Source: the human T2T-CHM13v2.0 reference genome, Homo sapiens
Assembly: GCF_009914755.1 (NCBI RefSeq)
Contig: NC_060932.1
Length of the DNA: 64,000 nt
Strand: one strand, 5' to 3'
The notes under the pieces are model-generated. The model saw only the letters and a list, made by a program, of their open reading frames with translations, did no database searches and had not been told where the DNA came from. Positions 40,035 through 52,510 of this stretch are shown piece after piece. Position numbers and translations under genes: made by a program. Position 1 is the first letter of the stretch, and the number at the start of each line of letters is the position of its first letter.

Positions 40035-40989
40035 GATACTCTTCTCCTTAATCCCTCACTCATTCCAGGAGGCACAGAGCTTCCTCTAACTAACAATAAG
40101 GCAACTGGATGTGGAGCTTCTCAGTGTGATTGAGGCTCCCTTCGTGCCATTTCACCTAATTGGGCCTCAGTTTCCTCATCTGTTACATAGACCCATGTTA
40201 AAATACATGATCTAAACTTAATAGTAAAATAAGTAATTATATTATAATAAATAAAACAAACACAATTATTTTTGTCCAATATGATGTTTCCCTATTGCAG
40301 ACTTCTTATGGGCTTTTTAAAAACCAGAAATTTAATCAATTCACATTTCAGATTGACCAGTTACTTTCCCTGTTCACTTTACTCCCCATCTGTACGAGTT
40401 CCGTTCTCTACGGTGATTAAACATTTTGCAAGGATAAGAAAAATTGTTTTTGACCTTTGGGGAATTAAATTTAGAGTTTATTGTTTGGAACGCTCCAGGT
40501 AAATAATAGTTTATACAGTAATAAATTGTGTAATTGCATTTAATCTGTGCCTAGAGGCCAGGAAGCACTGCAAATCAGTACATTCCAAATAAGGCTCTCT
40601 CATTCTGGGAGGCATTGGGAACCCGCTGCAGTAAGGACATCTGTTGATGCAGCACGCATTTCTCCAGAGTGCAAAACCATGCAGAGGCCTCGGGTTTGGT
40701 CCACTTTCAGTCATTGCCATTCAAGTGATGAGGAGGACTATGACAAATTATTGGGGGTAGGAAACACTGGTCCTAGGACAGAAAATCAAAAGATTCTGAA
40801 CTGTAACCAAAAGCAGACTAAGGGCCAGCTTTGGGAATGTGTTTCCAAACCCAGGCAACGGAATCGGTTGAAAAAAGCCATAGAGTAAGAGGAATGAGAT
40901 AATTCATTGAGGTTTTAGTCTGCAACCTCCAGTCACAGGTGTGACTTGAATAATGCATTCCTCCTTTCTTGGCTGGGGGTAAGAAAATA

Positions 40990-41190
40990 CAGTGATTGAG
41001 ATGTGTGTACCAGAGTCAGATTGCCTGGGTTTGAATCCAAGCTCTGGCCTGTCCTCTCCCTGACCTTGAGTTCTCCAACCCTTAGCTTATTTGTCTGTAA
41101 TATGGGACCAGTCAGACACCTTCCTCATAGGACTGTGTGAAATTAATGAAGAGATGCCTAGGAAGCACTATATTGGCAATAATAATAATG
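40990..41190 (+). mobile_element. MIR SINE
   Basis: 'agtcagattgcctgggtttgaatccaagctctg...ctcataggactgtgtga'. Confidence 0.7.
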
Positions 41191-41619
41191 CTCCATTTAC
41201 ACCAGGGATGAGGTCTTCAGCATAAATATGTTCTTCAGACAACTGAAATGTCATCTTTTCTCTTAGCAATATTTTTTTGTTTTTATGAAAACATTGTAAA
41301 ACATACCATAAACTTTCCCACATACTAAAACAGGGTATAAGAAAAGAACATAATATTTGGAGTAAGAAAATACGGGCTTTGGTCTGGCTTTGCCACTTCA
41401 TAGCTGGGGGACCCCGAGGTATGGGTGTCTCTGAGCAGCAGTTTGCAGCCATTTGAAATGATGCTTGCACGTCATGGAGCTGACAGAGGAGATATAGGTG
41501 ATAAATGCTTTGCACACTCATTTGCCAAAAAAAAAAAAACCGTTGTTTGTTTTTCTTGGCCATTTAAGACCATTGTTATGAACATGGATTGGTATACCGC
41601 AGCATGATTACGTTTTTAC

Positions 41620-41732
41620 CTCATGGAAGAAAATGTAAAAAAGCACCATGTGTTCACATCATGAGACTGCCATCCTCTTGGGACACCAGGCGTCCATAGC
41701 AACTGACATGGTACTTTTCCTGTGCTCACTGC
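41620..41732 (-). ncRNA. Candidate minus-strand non-coding exon
   Basis: Minus-strand acceptor 'aatatttcccag|' and donor 'gag|gtaaaa'. Confidence 0.25.
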
Positions 41733-41976
41733 CTGGGAAATATTTGTGAAATAGATGAAATAATCATGCTGTCTTAAAATAGTGACTTTAGTCTTTCCTT
41801 TTAAAAGAAATTATGTGCTAAGTATTAAAAATACAAGTCATACTGACCTACATATAAAGAAGTTAGTTTTTTTTAAAAAAACCACCCAGCATCACATCAC
41901 CTAAAAATAAGCATTGCCAGGCTTTGGTGAAGATCAATTCAGTTACCACTCTATTATACATAGAAACAGAAAGGAT

Positions 41977-42263
41977 AGCCGGGCGCAGTGGCTCACGCCT
42001 GTAATCCCAGGACTTTGGGAGCCCGAGGCAGGCAGATCATGAGGTCAGGAGATCGAGACCATCCTGGCTAACAAGGTGAAACCCCACCTCTACTAAAAAT
42101 ACAAAAAAATTAGCCAGGCGTAGTGGTAGGCACCTGTAGTCCCAGCTACTCAGCAGGCTGAGGCAGGAGAATGGCATGAACCCGGGAGGTAGAGCTTGCA
42201 GTGAGTCTAGATCATGCCACTGCACTCCAACCTGGGCGACAGAGCGAGACTCCATCTCAAAAA
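41977..42263 (+). mobile_element. AluY-like
   Basis: 'gagatcgagaccatcctggctaac' and 'gagaatggcatgaacccgggagg..gagcttgcagtgag'. Confidence 0.93.
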
Positions 42264-42443
42264 GAAAAAGAAAGGAGAGTTCACAGACATACAAATACAT
42301 TGATAGAAGGTATTAAAGACAACAATGGGGTTATAAGTGTTATTTCCAATAAAAATATTATATTTAAGTTCATTTAAATGTAATATGGTAAAAAAGAAAC
42401 TAAAGAAAAATTGAAATAAACTGCTAAATTGAATGTTTCTTAC

Positions 42444-42475
42444 CTGAAACGTTTGTTAATTTGTGACCGATACCT
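42444..42475 (-). ncRNA. Candidate minus-strand micro-exon (32 nt)
   Basis: Minus-strand acceptor 'cttttatttcttgaactttag|' and donor 'cag|gtaaga'. Confidence 0.3.
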
Positions 42476-42724
42476 CTAAAGTTCAAGAAATAAAAGATTA
42501 CAAAATATATTATAAGAAGCTATTTAAACATTCAACGTTTTGTTGTACCCTTGGTTTCACAGAGGACTGGCATAATTACTTAGTTTCTCACCTCTCATTT
42601 CCCTTCCTCCCACATTTATTAGCTATATTACTATTTTCAATTTGTCAGTGTTTAGAGAATTTGCATTTTACTCTAAAATGATAACTATAACTATATACCA
42701 TTTAAATTATATTTTAAATGTATA

Positions 42725-43000
42725 CAATATAATTGAGCACCCATTATGTGCCAGGTGCTATTTAACATCATGAGTATACAGTGGTGAATAAAACAGAGCA
42801 AATAAAATAGAGTCCCTGCTCTCATGGAACTTATGGTGAGAGACAAGCAATAAAAAATAATATTCTGTCTACACACATACATGCACATATAAAGTATGTC
42901 AGGCAATGATAGATGCTATCAATAAAAATAAAGCAGGTGAAGAAGGAAGAGAGAAGAGTATTTGAGTGTGGAATATTTATACAGGGTGGTCCAGTGATCT
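42725..43000 (-). mobile_element. L2 3' fragment
   Basis: 'ttgagcacccattatgtgccaggtgct...gtccctgctctcatggaactta'. Confidence 0.8.
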
Positions 43001-43950
43001 TAAAACTTTCTAGGAAATAGGAAAAATACAAGAGCCAGGCTTTTTACAGTGGCTTCTTTCCTCCTAGGGCCTTTAGTTTGGTTGGATTTTTATCAAGAAA
43101 CAAACACTTGAATGAATTTTTTTAAGTACTCATTGATGCTGTATTCCAAAAGTTCCCAAATGCCGGAGATGTCTCCCTTTTGCCTTATTACTTAGAAGGC
43201 AAATTGGCAGATTCTAAACTTCTTGGCTCAAGTTCTTCTCCTTAGAACTTTATGGACTTTACTCCACTGTCTTCTGGCATTGACTGTTGCTGCAGCAACA
43301 TCTCAGAAGAAAGGAGACTAGGAGACCAAGTGCCTGGAGATGGGGAAATGGGTAAATAACACTATCCCTGATGATAGGGAGTGAATGTGAAACTAGGGCA
43401 GTAGAAAGGGGAACAGGGAAAGGGTCGGAAGTGTTGCAAGATTCGAGATCACTTAACTTCTCTGTGTTTTTTTTTTTTTGTCAGCATGATGTTGTATGAT
43501 GAGCATGTAGAACTGGATCCCAGCTTCGGAATCTAAGAAATCTAGTTTCCAATCCAATATCTGCCCCAGTATCTGCAGCAATACCTTAAGATAGTCCCTT
43601 TGCCTTTCCGATCCTCAGTTCATATATCTATAAAATGGGAATAAGAATTACTTTGGAAAGATCTATAAGAATTAGAAGCAATATAAGTGAAGATTTTGAG
43701 TTACTGCCAAGTGCCAATCAAGTTGTTTATGCTAGATAACAAAAGCTATGATTTCTATTGTGCCAACCTTGGCTACATATCTGTCGAGGGCCAAATAATG
43801 AATATAAACATTATAAAACAGATAAAAATACATATATGTATATGTTAGAAAAATATACATACAAGATAAAATGTACATACAAAAAGATGGCACCAGAATA
43901 CTTAGACTCCTGAAAAGTGCTGCATTCAATTTTGATATAATGTTTATAGA

Positions 43951-43954
<4 letters not shown>

Positions 43955-43996
<42 letters not shown>
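43955..43996 (+). repeat. (GT)n microsatellite, about 21 units
   Basis: Directly visible. Confidence 0.97.
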
Positions 43997-43998
<2 letters not shown>

Positions 43999-44105
43999 CA
44001 GAGCCCTTCTCTGTAAATGTCAATTTAACCCACACTTGAGTTCAAGGAACTTAAATATTATTTGCTTTTACTACTATGAAAAACTGCTTGCAAAACAGTA
44101 ACATC

Positions 44106-44471
<366 letters not shown>

Positions 44472-44915
44472 TCATATAGTTGGTCAAAGTGAAGGGATTG
44501 ACTAAACTGATGAAAAGTGACTAAACAGTTAACCAACCTGGTGATTCATCAAAATCCGGCCCTATCATCACCACAACCATCCCTTCTCCTATCACAGCTG
44601 GTATAGATGTCTCTTCCTGGACTATTTTTGTCTTATCTTTCCTATACTAATAAACCAAGTATCAACTTTGAACAAACAGGGAAACTGGGAAGAATCTGAT
44701 AAGTTTATATCAAACTGACAAATTCTTTGGTCCCAGTATCTACCTCTATTTTCATTTCCTCTGTCTTTCAAACTTTATTTATTTTATTTTATTTTATATT
44801 ATTTATTTTTCTATCAGAAGATTCCGGGCTCCTCAAAGCACACATGAGTCTTCTGTGATGTCAGAATGGTATATCTGTGGGAAAGTACCCTCAATAGAAA
44901 TAAAATACTTCTTAC

Positions 44916-44954
44916 CTGGTTCATACCAATCTAGGTTTCTTGGAAACTTCAGCC
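44916..44954 (-). ncRNA. Candidate minus-strand micro-exon (39 nt)
   Basis: Minus-strand acceptor 'ttaatgttgcag|' and donor 'cag|gtaaga'. Confidence 0.28.
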
Positions 44955-45204
44955 CTGCAACATTAACCATGTTGAATCACCAGTTAACAGACTGATAACA
45001 ACTATTACATCAGGAAAATTCTAAGCTTTCAGGGCACCTGGATTTTCAAGTTTAGGGCAACAGCAATACACAGCTAGAAATTTGATAGGCCATACACTGT
45101 AAGTGAATGGGATCTGAGTGCGAGAGACTGATGTGGCGTTCCCAGAGCAGGAAAACAGACAAATACTTTTGAACTGGAAGAATCCTGCATAATCATCTCG
45201 GCTA

Positions 45205-45560
45205 AGAGGTGAGCCTCAAACTTCAGAATACATTGGAATCACTTGGGAGCCTTGTTAAACACAAGTTGCTGAGCCCCACCTCAGAGTTTCTGAACCAATG
45301 GATCTGAAAAGGGGTATGAGATTTTGCATTTATAATGAGTTCATAAGGTGATCCTGGTGCTACTGGCTGGGGGAACATCCTTTGAGAACAACTGTATTAG
45401 AGCGGTGGTTCTCAATCTTTGCTGCATATTAGAATCACCCAGACAGATTTTTTTAAATGCCAATGCCCGAGTCAATTAAATCAGAATTTCTATGGGTGGA
45501 ACCTAGTATTCAATAATCTTAAAAGTCTCCCAGATGACTCCAGTGTACAGCCAATTTTGA
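45205..45560. mobile_element. Adjacent MER5A and MER5A1/MER5B MITEs
   Basis: 'gaatcacttgggagccttgttaaa...ctttgagaacaactg' followed by 'gcggtggttctcaatctttgctgcatattagaatcacc'. Confidence 0.75.
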
Positions 45561-45757
45561 CAATCTAATTTCCAGCTGAGGAAACAAAGACTACCTTGTT
45601 TGTCAGGACAACATCTAGATCTTGAGTCTTCTGTCTCCCACTGAGGGCTGTTTCTGCCTCATGTAGAACACTGACTCAGAAAGAATGAAAGTACATAGTA
45701 GACTGGATTAGGTAACAGGTTTTAACAAGAAACCCCTATTATAAGCATTAAAATATA

Positions 45758-46974
45758 TGTCTTAGTTATCCATTGCTGCATAACAAATTATTTGAAGTCT
45801 TAGTGGCTTAAAACAACAAAGAGTTATTGTCTCAGTTTCTGTGGATCAAAAGTCATGCCCAGGCTTCAGTCATCTCGAGGATTGACTGGAGGAGGCTCCA
45901 CTTCCAAGCTCATTCTCATGGCTGTTAGCAGGCTTCAGGTCCTCACTGGCTGTTGGCCAACAACATCAGTTCCTAGTCATATGGGCCTCTCCTTAGGGCA
46001 GCTCACACCATGACACCTGGCTTCTTGCATGAGGAGCCTGTGAGCAAGATTAAGAGGGGATCAAGCAAGATGGAAGCCACAGTCTTCCTGTAACCTAATC
46101 TTAGAAGTGACACACAATGGGATACCATCTCCCACCAGTTAGAATGGAGATTATTAAAAAGTCAGGAAACAACAGAAGCTGGAGATGTGGAGAAATAGGA
46201 ATGGTTTTACACTGTTGGTGGGAGGGTGAATTAGTTCAACCAATGTGGAAGACTGTGTGGTGATTCCTCAAGGATCTAGAACCAGAAATACCATTTGACC
46301 CAGCAATCCCATTACTGGGTATATACCCAAAAGATTATAAATCATTCCACTATAAAGACACATGCACATGTATGTTTATTGCAGCACTATTTACAATAGC
46401 AAAGACTTGGAACCAACCCAAATGTCCATCAATGATAGACTGGATAAATAAATTGTGGTACACATACACCATGGAATACTATGCAGCCATAAAAAAGAAT
46501 GAGTTCATGTCTTTTTCAGGGACTTGGTTGAAGTTGGAAGCCATCATTCTCAGCAAACTAACACAGGAACAGAAAACCAAACACCACATGTTCTCACTCA
46601 TAAGTGAGAGTTAAACAACAAAAATACATGGACACGGGGAGGGAAACATCATACACCAGGGCCTGTCAGGGGGTGGGGGGAAAGGGGAAGGAGAGCATTA
46701 GGACAAATACCTAATACATGTAAGAATTAAAACCTAGATGATGGGGTGATAGGTACAGCAAACCACAATGGCACATGTATACCTATGTAACAAACCTGCT
46801 CATTCTGCACATGAGTCCCAGAACTTAAAGTAAAATAATAAAAAAAAAAAAGAAGAAGAAGTTACATCTCATTTCTTTCATTCACACTCAAGAGGAGGGG
46901 AAAGGACTATACAAGGGCACGAAAAACAAATGGCAAGAATAATTGGGGGACAATCTTAGAGGCTACCTACCATA
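45758..46974 (-). mobile_element. MLT1F/G-like MaLR LTR, split by an L1
   Basis: 'tgtcttagttatccattgctgcataacaaatta...agtggcttaaaacaaca'; ends 'cttagaggctacctacca'. Confidence 0.8.
46114..46852 (+). mobile_element. 5'-truncated L1PA (about PA7-PA10) with poly(A)
   Basis: Encodes an ORF2 C-terminus remnant (MFIAALFTIAKTWNQPKCPS); 3'UTR and A tail; degenerate TSD agaagt(g/t)aca. Confidence 0.93.
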
Positions 46975-48154
46975 ATACAACTACAGAAATTTAAAATAAA
47001 TAAAACACTAATAATACACCACAATACTCTCAGCATACAGAATATAAGAACATTAAAGGCAATTCAAGGCTTCTGAGACATGAATTCTCCCTTAGATGTG
47101 TGTGGGAGGGGAGGACAAAGGGGAACCAGAAAGGAAAAAGGGAGAGAGCAATGCAGAAAAAGGAAACCAGGAAAAAAGTTTTTCCTCCAAATTTCCCAGG
47201 AGTATAAAGGAAAAGAACTTCTGAAAATTATGAAAGTCAAGGGAGGTAGAACACGAAGCTTTATGGGAAATGAAAGAAACTAGTATAATATCTGATAAAC
47301 TATGCTATCCATATTAAAGTCATTGGGGAAAATATGTAAGTATTTTATTTCATCCAAATATCTAGGATGGCTAAATAAATGGAATAAATATAAATTAAAT
47401 CTTAAATCTTGATGAAATTCTATTCTACCTCAGGATTTAAATAATAGGCTACACAGAAACAAAGACACTATTTTCATACAAGTAAGTAGCTCAGTAGGTC
47501 TATGACAAACTCACAACTAGAACTTGGGTCTCCTGGCTCGATACTTTCCTAACTCCACTCATAACCCAATAATGCACATTCAACTCCTTAGTAGATCACC
47601 AACACTTCAGACTATGGACTGCCCCTGTTTTAACCAAATCTAATGATAGAACAACCACTTGCAAAGATGGAAAGCAAATAGATAGATGAGTGTACTCATG
47701 CTGAAGGTGACTTTTTTTTTATGCCCAGTTTGTCTACATGGGCAAATGGGAGGATTACAATAGATATTTTAAAAAGCAGTAGGATATGCCCAGGTCAATT
47801 TTATTTTATTTTCTTAATTAATAAACATTAACTAAGAGTCAGATATGTGCCAAGCACTGCACTGGGTAAAGAGGTTGCAAGGCCAGAAAGGACATGCCAC
47901 CCACTCTTAAGGAGCTCTGAGGCCAATAAAGGAGACAGAGAGGTAAGTCAGTAATTACTGTATGATGGAGATAGTAATTACAATACAATGGAGAGGTAAG
48001 TCAGCAATTACAGTATACCGCCTCGCCGAACATGGATTTGGGGAAATGAAGTCAGATTGGGTTTAGAGTTTAAAATGAAGTGATATTTACTTGGATAAAA
48101 ATAGAGAAAGCCTTCAATATAAGTGATTTTATGCATAAAAGAATGAAGACTGAA

Positions 48155-48291
48155 GGCTGGGCATGTTGGCTCACACCTGTAATCCCAGCACTTTGGGAGG
48201 CGGAGAAGGAGGGTCACTTGAAGCCAGGAATTCAAGACCAGCCTGGGCAACCAAATGAGACCCCATCTCTTAAAAAAAAAAAAAAAAAAAA
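48155..48291 (+). mobile_element. FLAM/AluJ monomer
   Basis: Single left monomer plus A tail; TSD aatgaagact on both sides. Confidence 0.88.
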
Positions 48292-48395
48292 ATGAAGACT
48301 TAAAAGAGTATTATGTGTTCATGGATACAAAAGAAATTCACTGTGGCTGGACTGATTTATGGAAGAAAGGACCAAAAGCTAAGAGCAAAAAGGAC

Positions 48396-48862
48396 TGTAT
48401 TAGTTTCCTATTGCTGCTATAACAAATTACCTCAAACTTAGAGGCTTAAAAATGTAAAAACTTACTCTCTAACAGTTCTGGAAACCAGAAGTCCAAAATG
48501 AGTCTTGCAGGGCTAAAATCAAGGTGTGAGTAGAGCTGGTTTCTCCTGGAGGATCCAGGGTAGAGTCCACTTCTTGTTTCTGCCAGCTTCTAAGGATGCT
48601 GGTGTTCCTTGGCACCATCACTCCGATCCCCGCTTTCTGTCATCACATTGCCTTCTCCTTTTCTACAGTCAAATATCCCTCTGACTCCCTATTATATGGA
48701 CACTTGTTATTACATTTAGGGCCCACCTGTATAATCTATGATCCTCTCTCCATCTCAAGATCCTAACTTAATCACACTCTCAAAGCTTTTTCTGCCATAT
48801 AACATTCAAAGATTCCAAGGGCTCAGTGTAGATATCTTTGGAGGTTTTTTTTCCACTTACCA
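48396..48862 (-). mobile_element. MLT1C MaLR solo LTR
   Basis: 'tgtattagtttcctattgctgctataacaaattacc...cagttctgga..ccagaagtcc...ccatctcaagatcc'. Confidence 0.85.
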
Positions 48863-49500
48863 TGAGAACTCTATGAGCTACAATAAGAATTTTCACTTCA
48901 AAATACACGGAAAGCCATGATAAAGTCTTTAGCAAGAAAGTGATGAAGCAGATTTGGGGAAGCTCATCCCAGCAACCCCCTTGTAGAAGATGAATCAAGG
49001 GGCTGGGAAGGGAGGTGAGCAGCCAAGTTGTTACTTATCTGAGTAAAAAGTAATGAGGACTTTAAGTAAGGAAAGGGTTTGGAAGTAGAGAGGAGGAATT
49101 AATAAGATAGATTTCACATCTAAATCAGGAAGACCTGAAGACTTAGAATCTAGGGAATGAAGGGAAGGAGAGATCTGAGAGGACTCAGATTTCTGGTTCA
49201 AGTAACTGGTTAATATTAATCATATTCACATTGATTTGATATACAAGAGGTTAGCAGGTTTGTGGCTTAGTTACCGGACTATTGGAGGAGACAAGGGAGC
49301 TGAGGATGAAGAGTTCTCTCATGAACCAGTTGGGTTTTAGATGTCTACAAAATATTTCATGAAGATAACCAGCTATCTAGTAGGAAGTTGGTGATGTAAT
49401 TCTGAAGTTTAGCAAGGAGGTCTGTCTAGAGAACTTGATTCAAATATGTCAGCATATAAACTAGTATTGAAGCCACATAAAAGGATATGATTAATATGAC

Positions 49501-51692
49501 CATTCCTATATATATATATTCCATATATATATATTCCATATGTATATTCCATATATATATATTCCATATATATATTCCGTATATATATATATTCCATATG
49601 TATATTCCGTATATATATATATTCCATATGTATATTCCGTATATACATTCCATATATATATATTCCGTATATACATTCCATATATATATATTCCGTATAT
49701 ACATTCCATATATATATATTCCGTATATACATTCCATATATATATATTCCGTATATACATTCCATATATATATATATTCCGTATATACATTCCATATATA
49801 TATATATTCCGTATATACATTCCATATATATATATATTCCGTATATACATTCCATATATATATATTCCGTATATATATTCCACATATATATATATTCCTT
49901 ATATATATTCCACATATATATATATTCCTTATATATATTCCACATATATATATATTCCGTATATATATTCCACATATATATATATTCCGTATATATATTC
50001 CACATATATATATTCCGTATATATATTCCACATATATATATATTCTGTATATATATTCCATATATATATATTCCGTATATATATTCCATATATATATATT
50101 CCGTATATATATTCCATATATATATATTCCGTATATATATTCCATATATATATATATTCCGTATATATATTCCATATATATATATATTCCGTATATATAT
50201 TCCATATATATATATATTCCGTATATATATTCCATATATATATATATTCCGTATATATATTCCATATATATATATTCCGTATATATATTCCATATATATA
50301 TATATTCCGTATATATTCCATATATATATATTCCGTATATATTCCATATATATATATATTCCGTATATATATTCCATATATATATATATATTCCGTATAT
50401 ATATTCCATATATATATTCCGTATATATATTCCATATATATATATTCCGTATATATATTCCATATATATATATATTCCGTATATATATTCCATATATATA
50501 TATATTCCGTATATATATTCCATATATATATATTCCGTATATATATTCCATATATATATATTCCGTATATATATTCCATATATATATATTCCGTATATAT
50601 ATTCCATATATATATATTCCGTATATATATTCCATATATATATATTCCGTATATATATTCCATATATATATATTCCGTATATATATTCCATATATATATA
50701 TTCCGTATATATATTCCATATATATATATTCCGTATATATATTCCATATATATATATTCCGTATATATATTCCATATATATATATTCCGTATATATATTC
50801 CATATATATATATATTCCGTATATATATTCCATATATATATATTCCGTATATATATTCCGTATATATATATATTCCGTATATATATTCCGTATATATATA
50901 TTCCGTATATATATTCCGTATATATATATTCCATATATATATATTCCGTATACATATTCCATATATATATATTCCGTATACATATTCCGTATATATATAT
51001 TCCGTATACATATTCCGTATATATATATTCCGTATACATATTCCGTATATATATATTCCGTATACATATTCCGTATATATATATTCCGTATACATATTCC
51101 GTATATATATATTCCGTATACATATTCCGTATATATATATTCCGTATACATATTCCGTATATATATATTCCGTATACATATTCCGTATATATATATTCCG
51201 TATACATATTCCGTAATATATATTCCGTATACATATTCCGTATATATATATTCCGTATACATATTCCGTATATATATATTCCGTATACATATTCCGTATA
51301 TATATATTCCGTATATATATATTCCGTATATATATTCCGTATATATATATTCCGTATATATATTCCGTATATATATATTCCGTATATATATTCCGTATAT
51401 ATATATTCCGTATATATATTCCGTATATATATATTCCGTATATATATTCCGTATATATATATTCCGTATATATATTCCGTATATATATATTCCGTATATA
51501 TATTCCGTATATATATATTCCGTATATATATTCCGTATATATATATTCCGTATATATATATACCGTATATATATTCCGTATATATATATTCCGTATATAT
51601 TCCGTATATATATTCCATATATATTCCGTATATATATATTCCATATATATATATATATTCCATATATATATATTCCATATATATATATATGG
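49501..51692. repeat. 2.2 kb AT-rich minisatellite/VNTR; monomer TTCC[A/G](TA)n, mostly in 28-30 bp dimers
   Basis: Directly visible; roughly 150 monomers; explains all the long Y/I-rich ORFs. Confidence 0.98.
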
Positions 51693-51879
51693 AATAAGAA
51701 GAGAGAGTTGTAAATGAAGACCTGTGAGATGCCAATATGCAAAAGTGAAGGAGCCCACAAGGGGTTCTTGGAAAAAGAGACCGATATTGGAATAGGAAAT
51801 TTAAAAGAGAATGGGCTTCAGATGATGAGGAAGAGGAAGGATCCAAGGAAGGATTTGTTGTTGTGAGGAAAAAGTACTG

Positions 51880-52510
51880 CTTGGGAATTCATATAACAGA
51901 GAAAGATCTAATTTCCCTGAAGATCTTCTGCAAACTAATGGGGAAAATATTAACAACTTAATAGACACATACAAAAAGATACATATATTTAACAGAAAAA
52001 ATACAAATGGCAGTTAAAAATACGAAAAAAAGTTTCATCTGTCTCATAAAATAAAGGAAAATTAAAAGTACCCTGAGATGCAATGTTTGCCTGTCAAATG
52101 AGCAAAATTAAAAATTTTGCTAACACTGTATTAGCAGCAGTGAGAAGCAATAGGTACTCCTAAATTGCTGGTTGGTTGCATTATAAACCGGACAATGTCC
52201 TTGAAATGTTTCTTAATATCTATTAAAATTACTGATGTATACAATCTTTCATCAAGTGTATAGTGGTAAGTTAATGAATGTTTACTTCTGTTTTTAAGAA
52301 GTCAGGAAAGATATATGTGAAATTGTATATGCACATAGGTGCATAAATTTATAAGTATGTGTCTTTGCTCACACATATAAAAACTACTGATGAAACTGAT
52401 AGAACTGGGATATCGCCAAGAATGAAAAACAAATGAGGACAAGGATGGTAAAAAGAATTTTTCATTGTCTTCCCTTGTAGCACTTTTGAACATTTAACTA
52501 TGTGAATTTA
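51880..52510 (+). mobile_element. Old L1ME 3' fragment
   Basis: 'atacaaatggcagttaaaaatacgaaaaaaagtttcatc...ctgagatgcaatgttt'. Confidence 0.6.

Larger units (their letters stand above)
47820..49480 (-). mobile_element. Fragmented L2 host element (continues at about 51700-51870)
   Basis: 'atgtgccaagcactgcactggg...ccactcttaaggagct' and an L2-like purine-rich body on both sides of the inserts and the VNTR. Confidence 0.6.

Noticed and set aside
46372-46614. ORF MFIAALFTIAKTWNQPKCPS
   Set aside because: C-terminal remnant of L1 ORF2 in a 5'-truncated L1PA; the same applies to 36279-36626.
49501-51692. CRISPR-like repeat/spacer array
   Set aside because: The 'spacers' are just (TA)n of variable length, there are no cas genes, and the context is primate DNA.
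49409-51846. Overlapping 558-806 aa Tyr/Ile-rich ORFs on both strands
   Set aside because: The repeat unit lacks TAA/TAG/TGA, and its 28-bp period cycles through frames so all frames give the same peptide. This is a VNTR artefact, not a gene.
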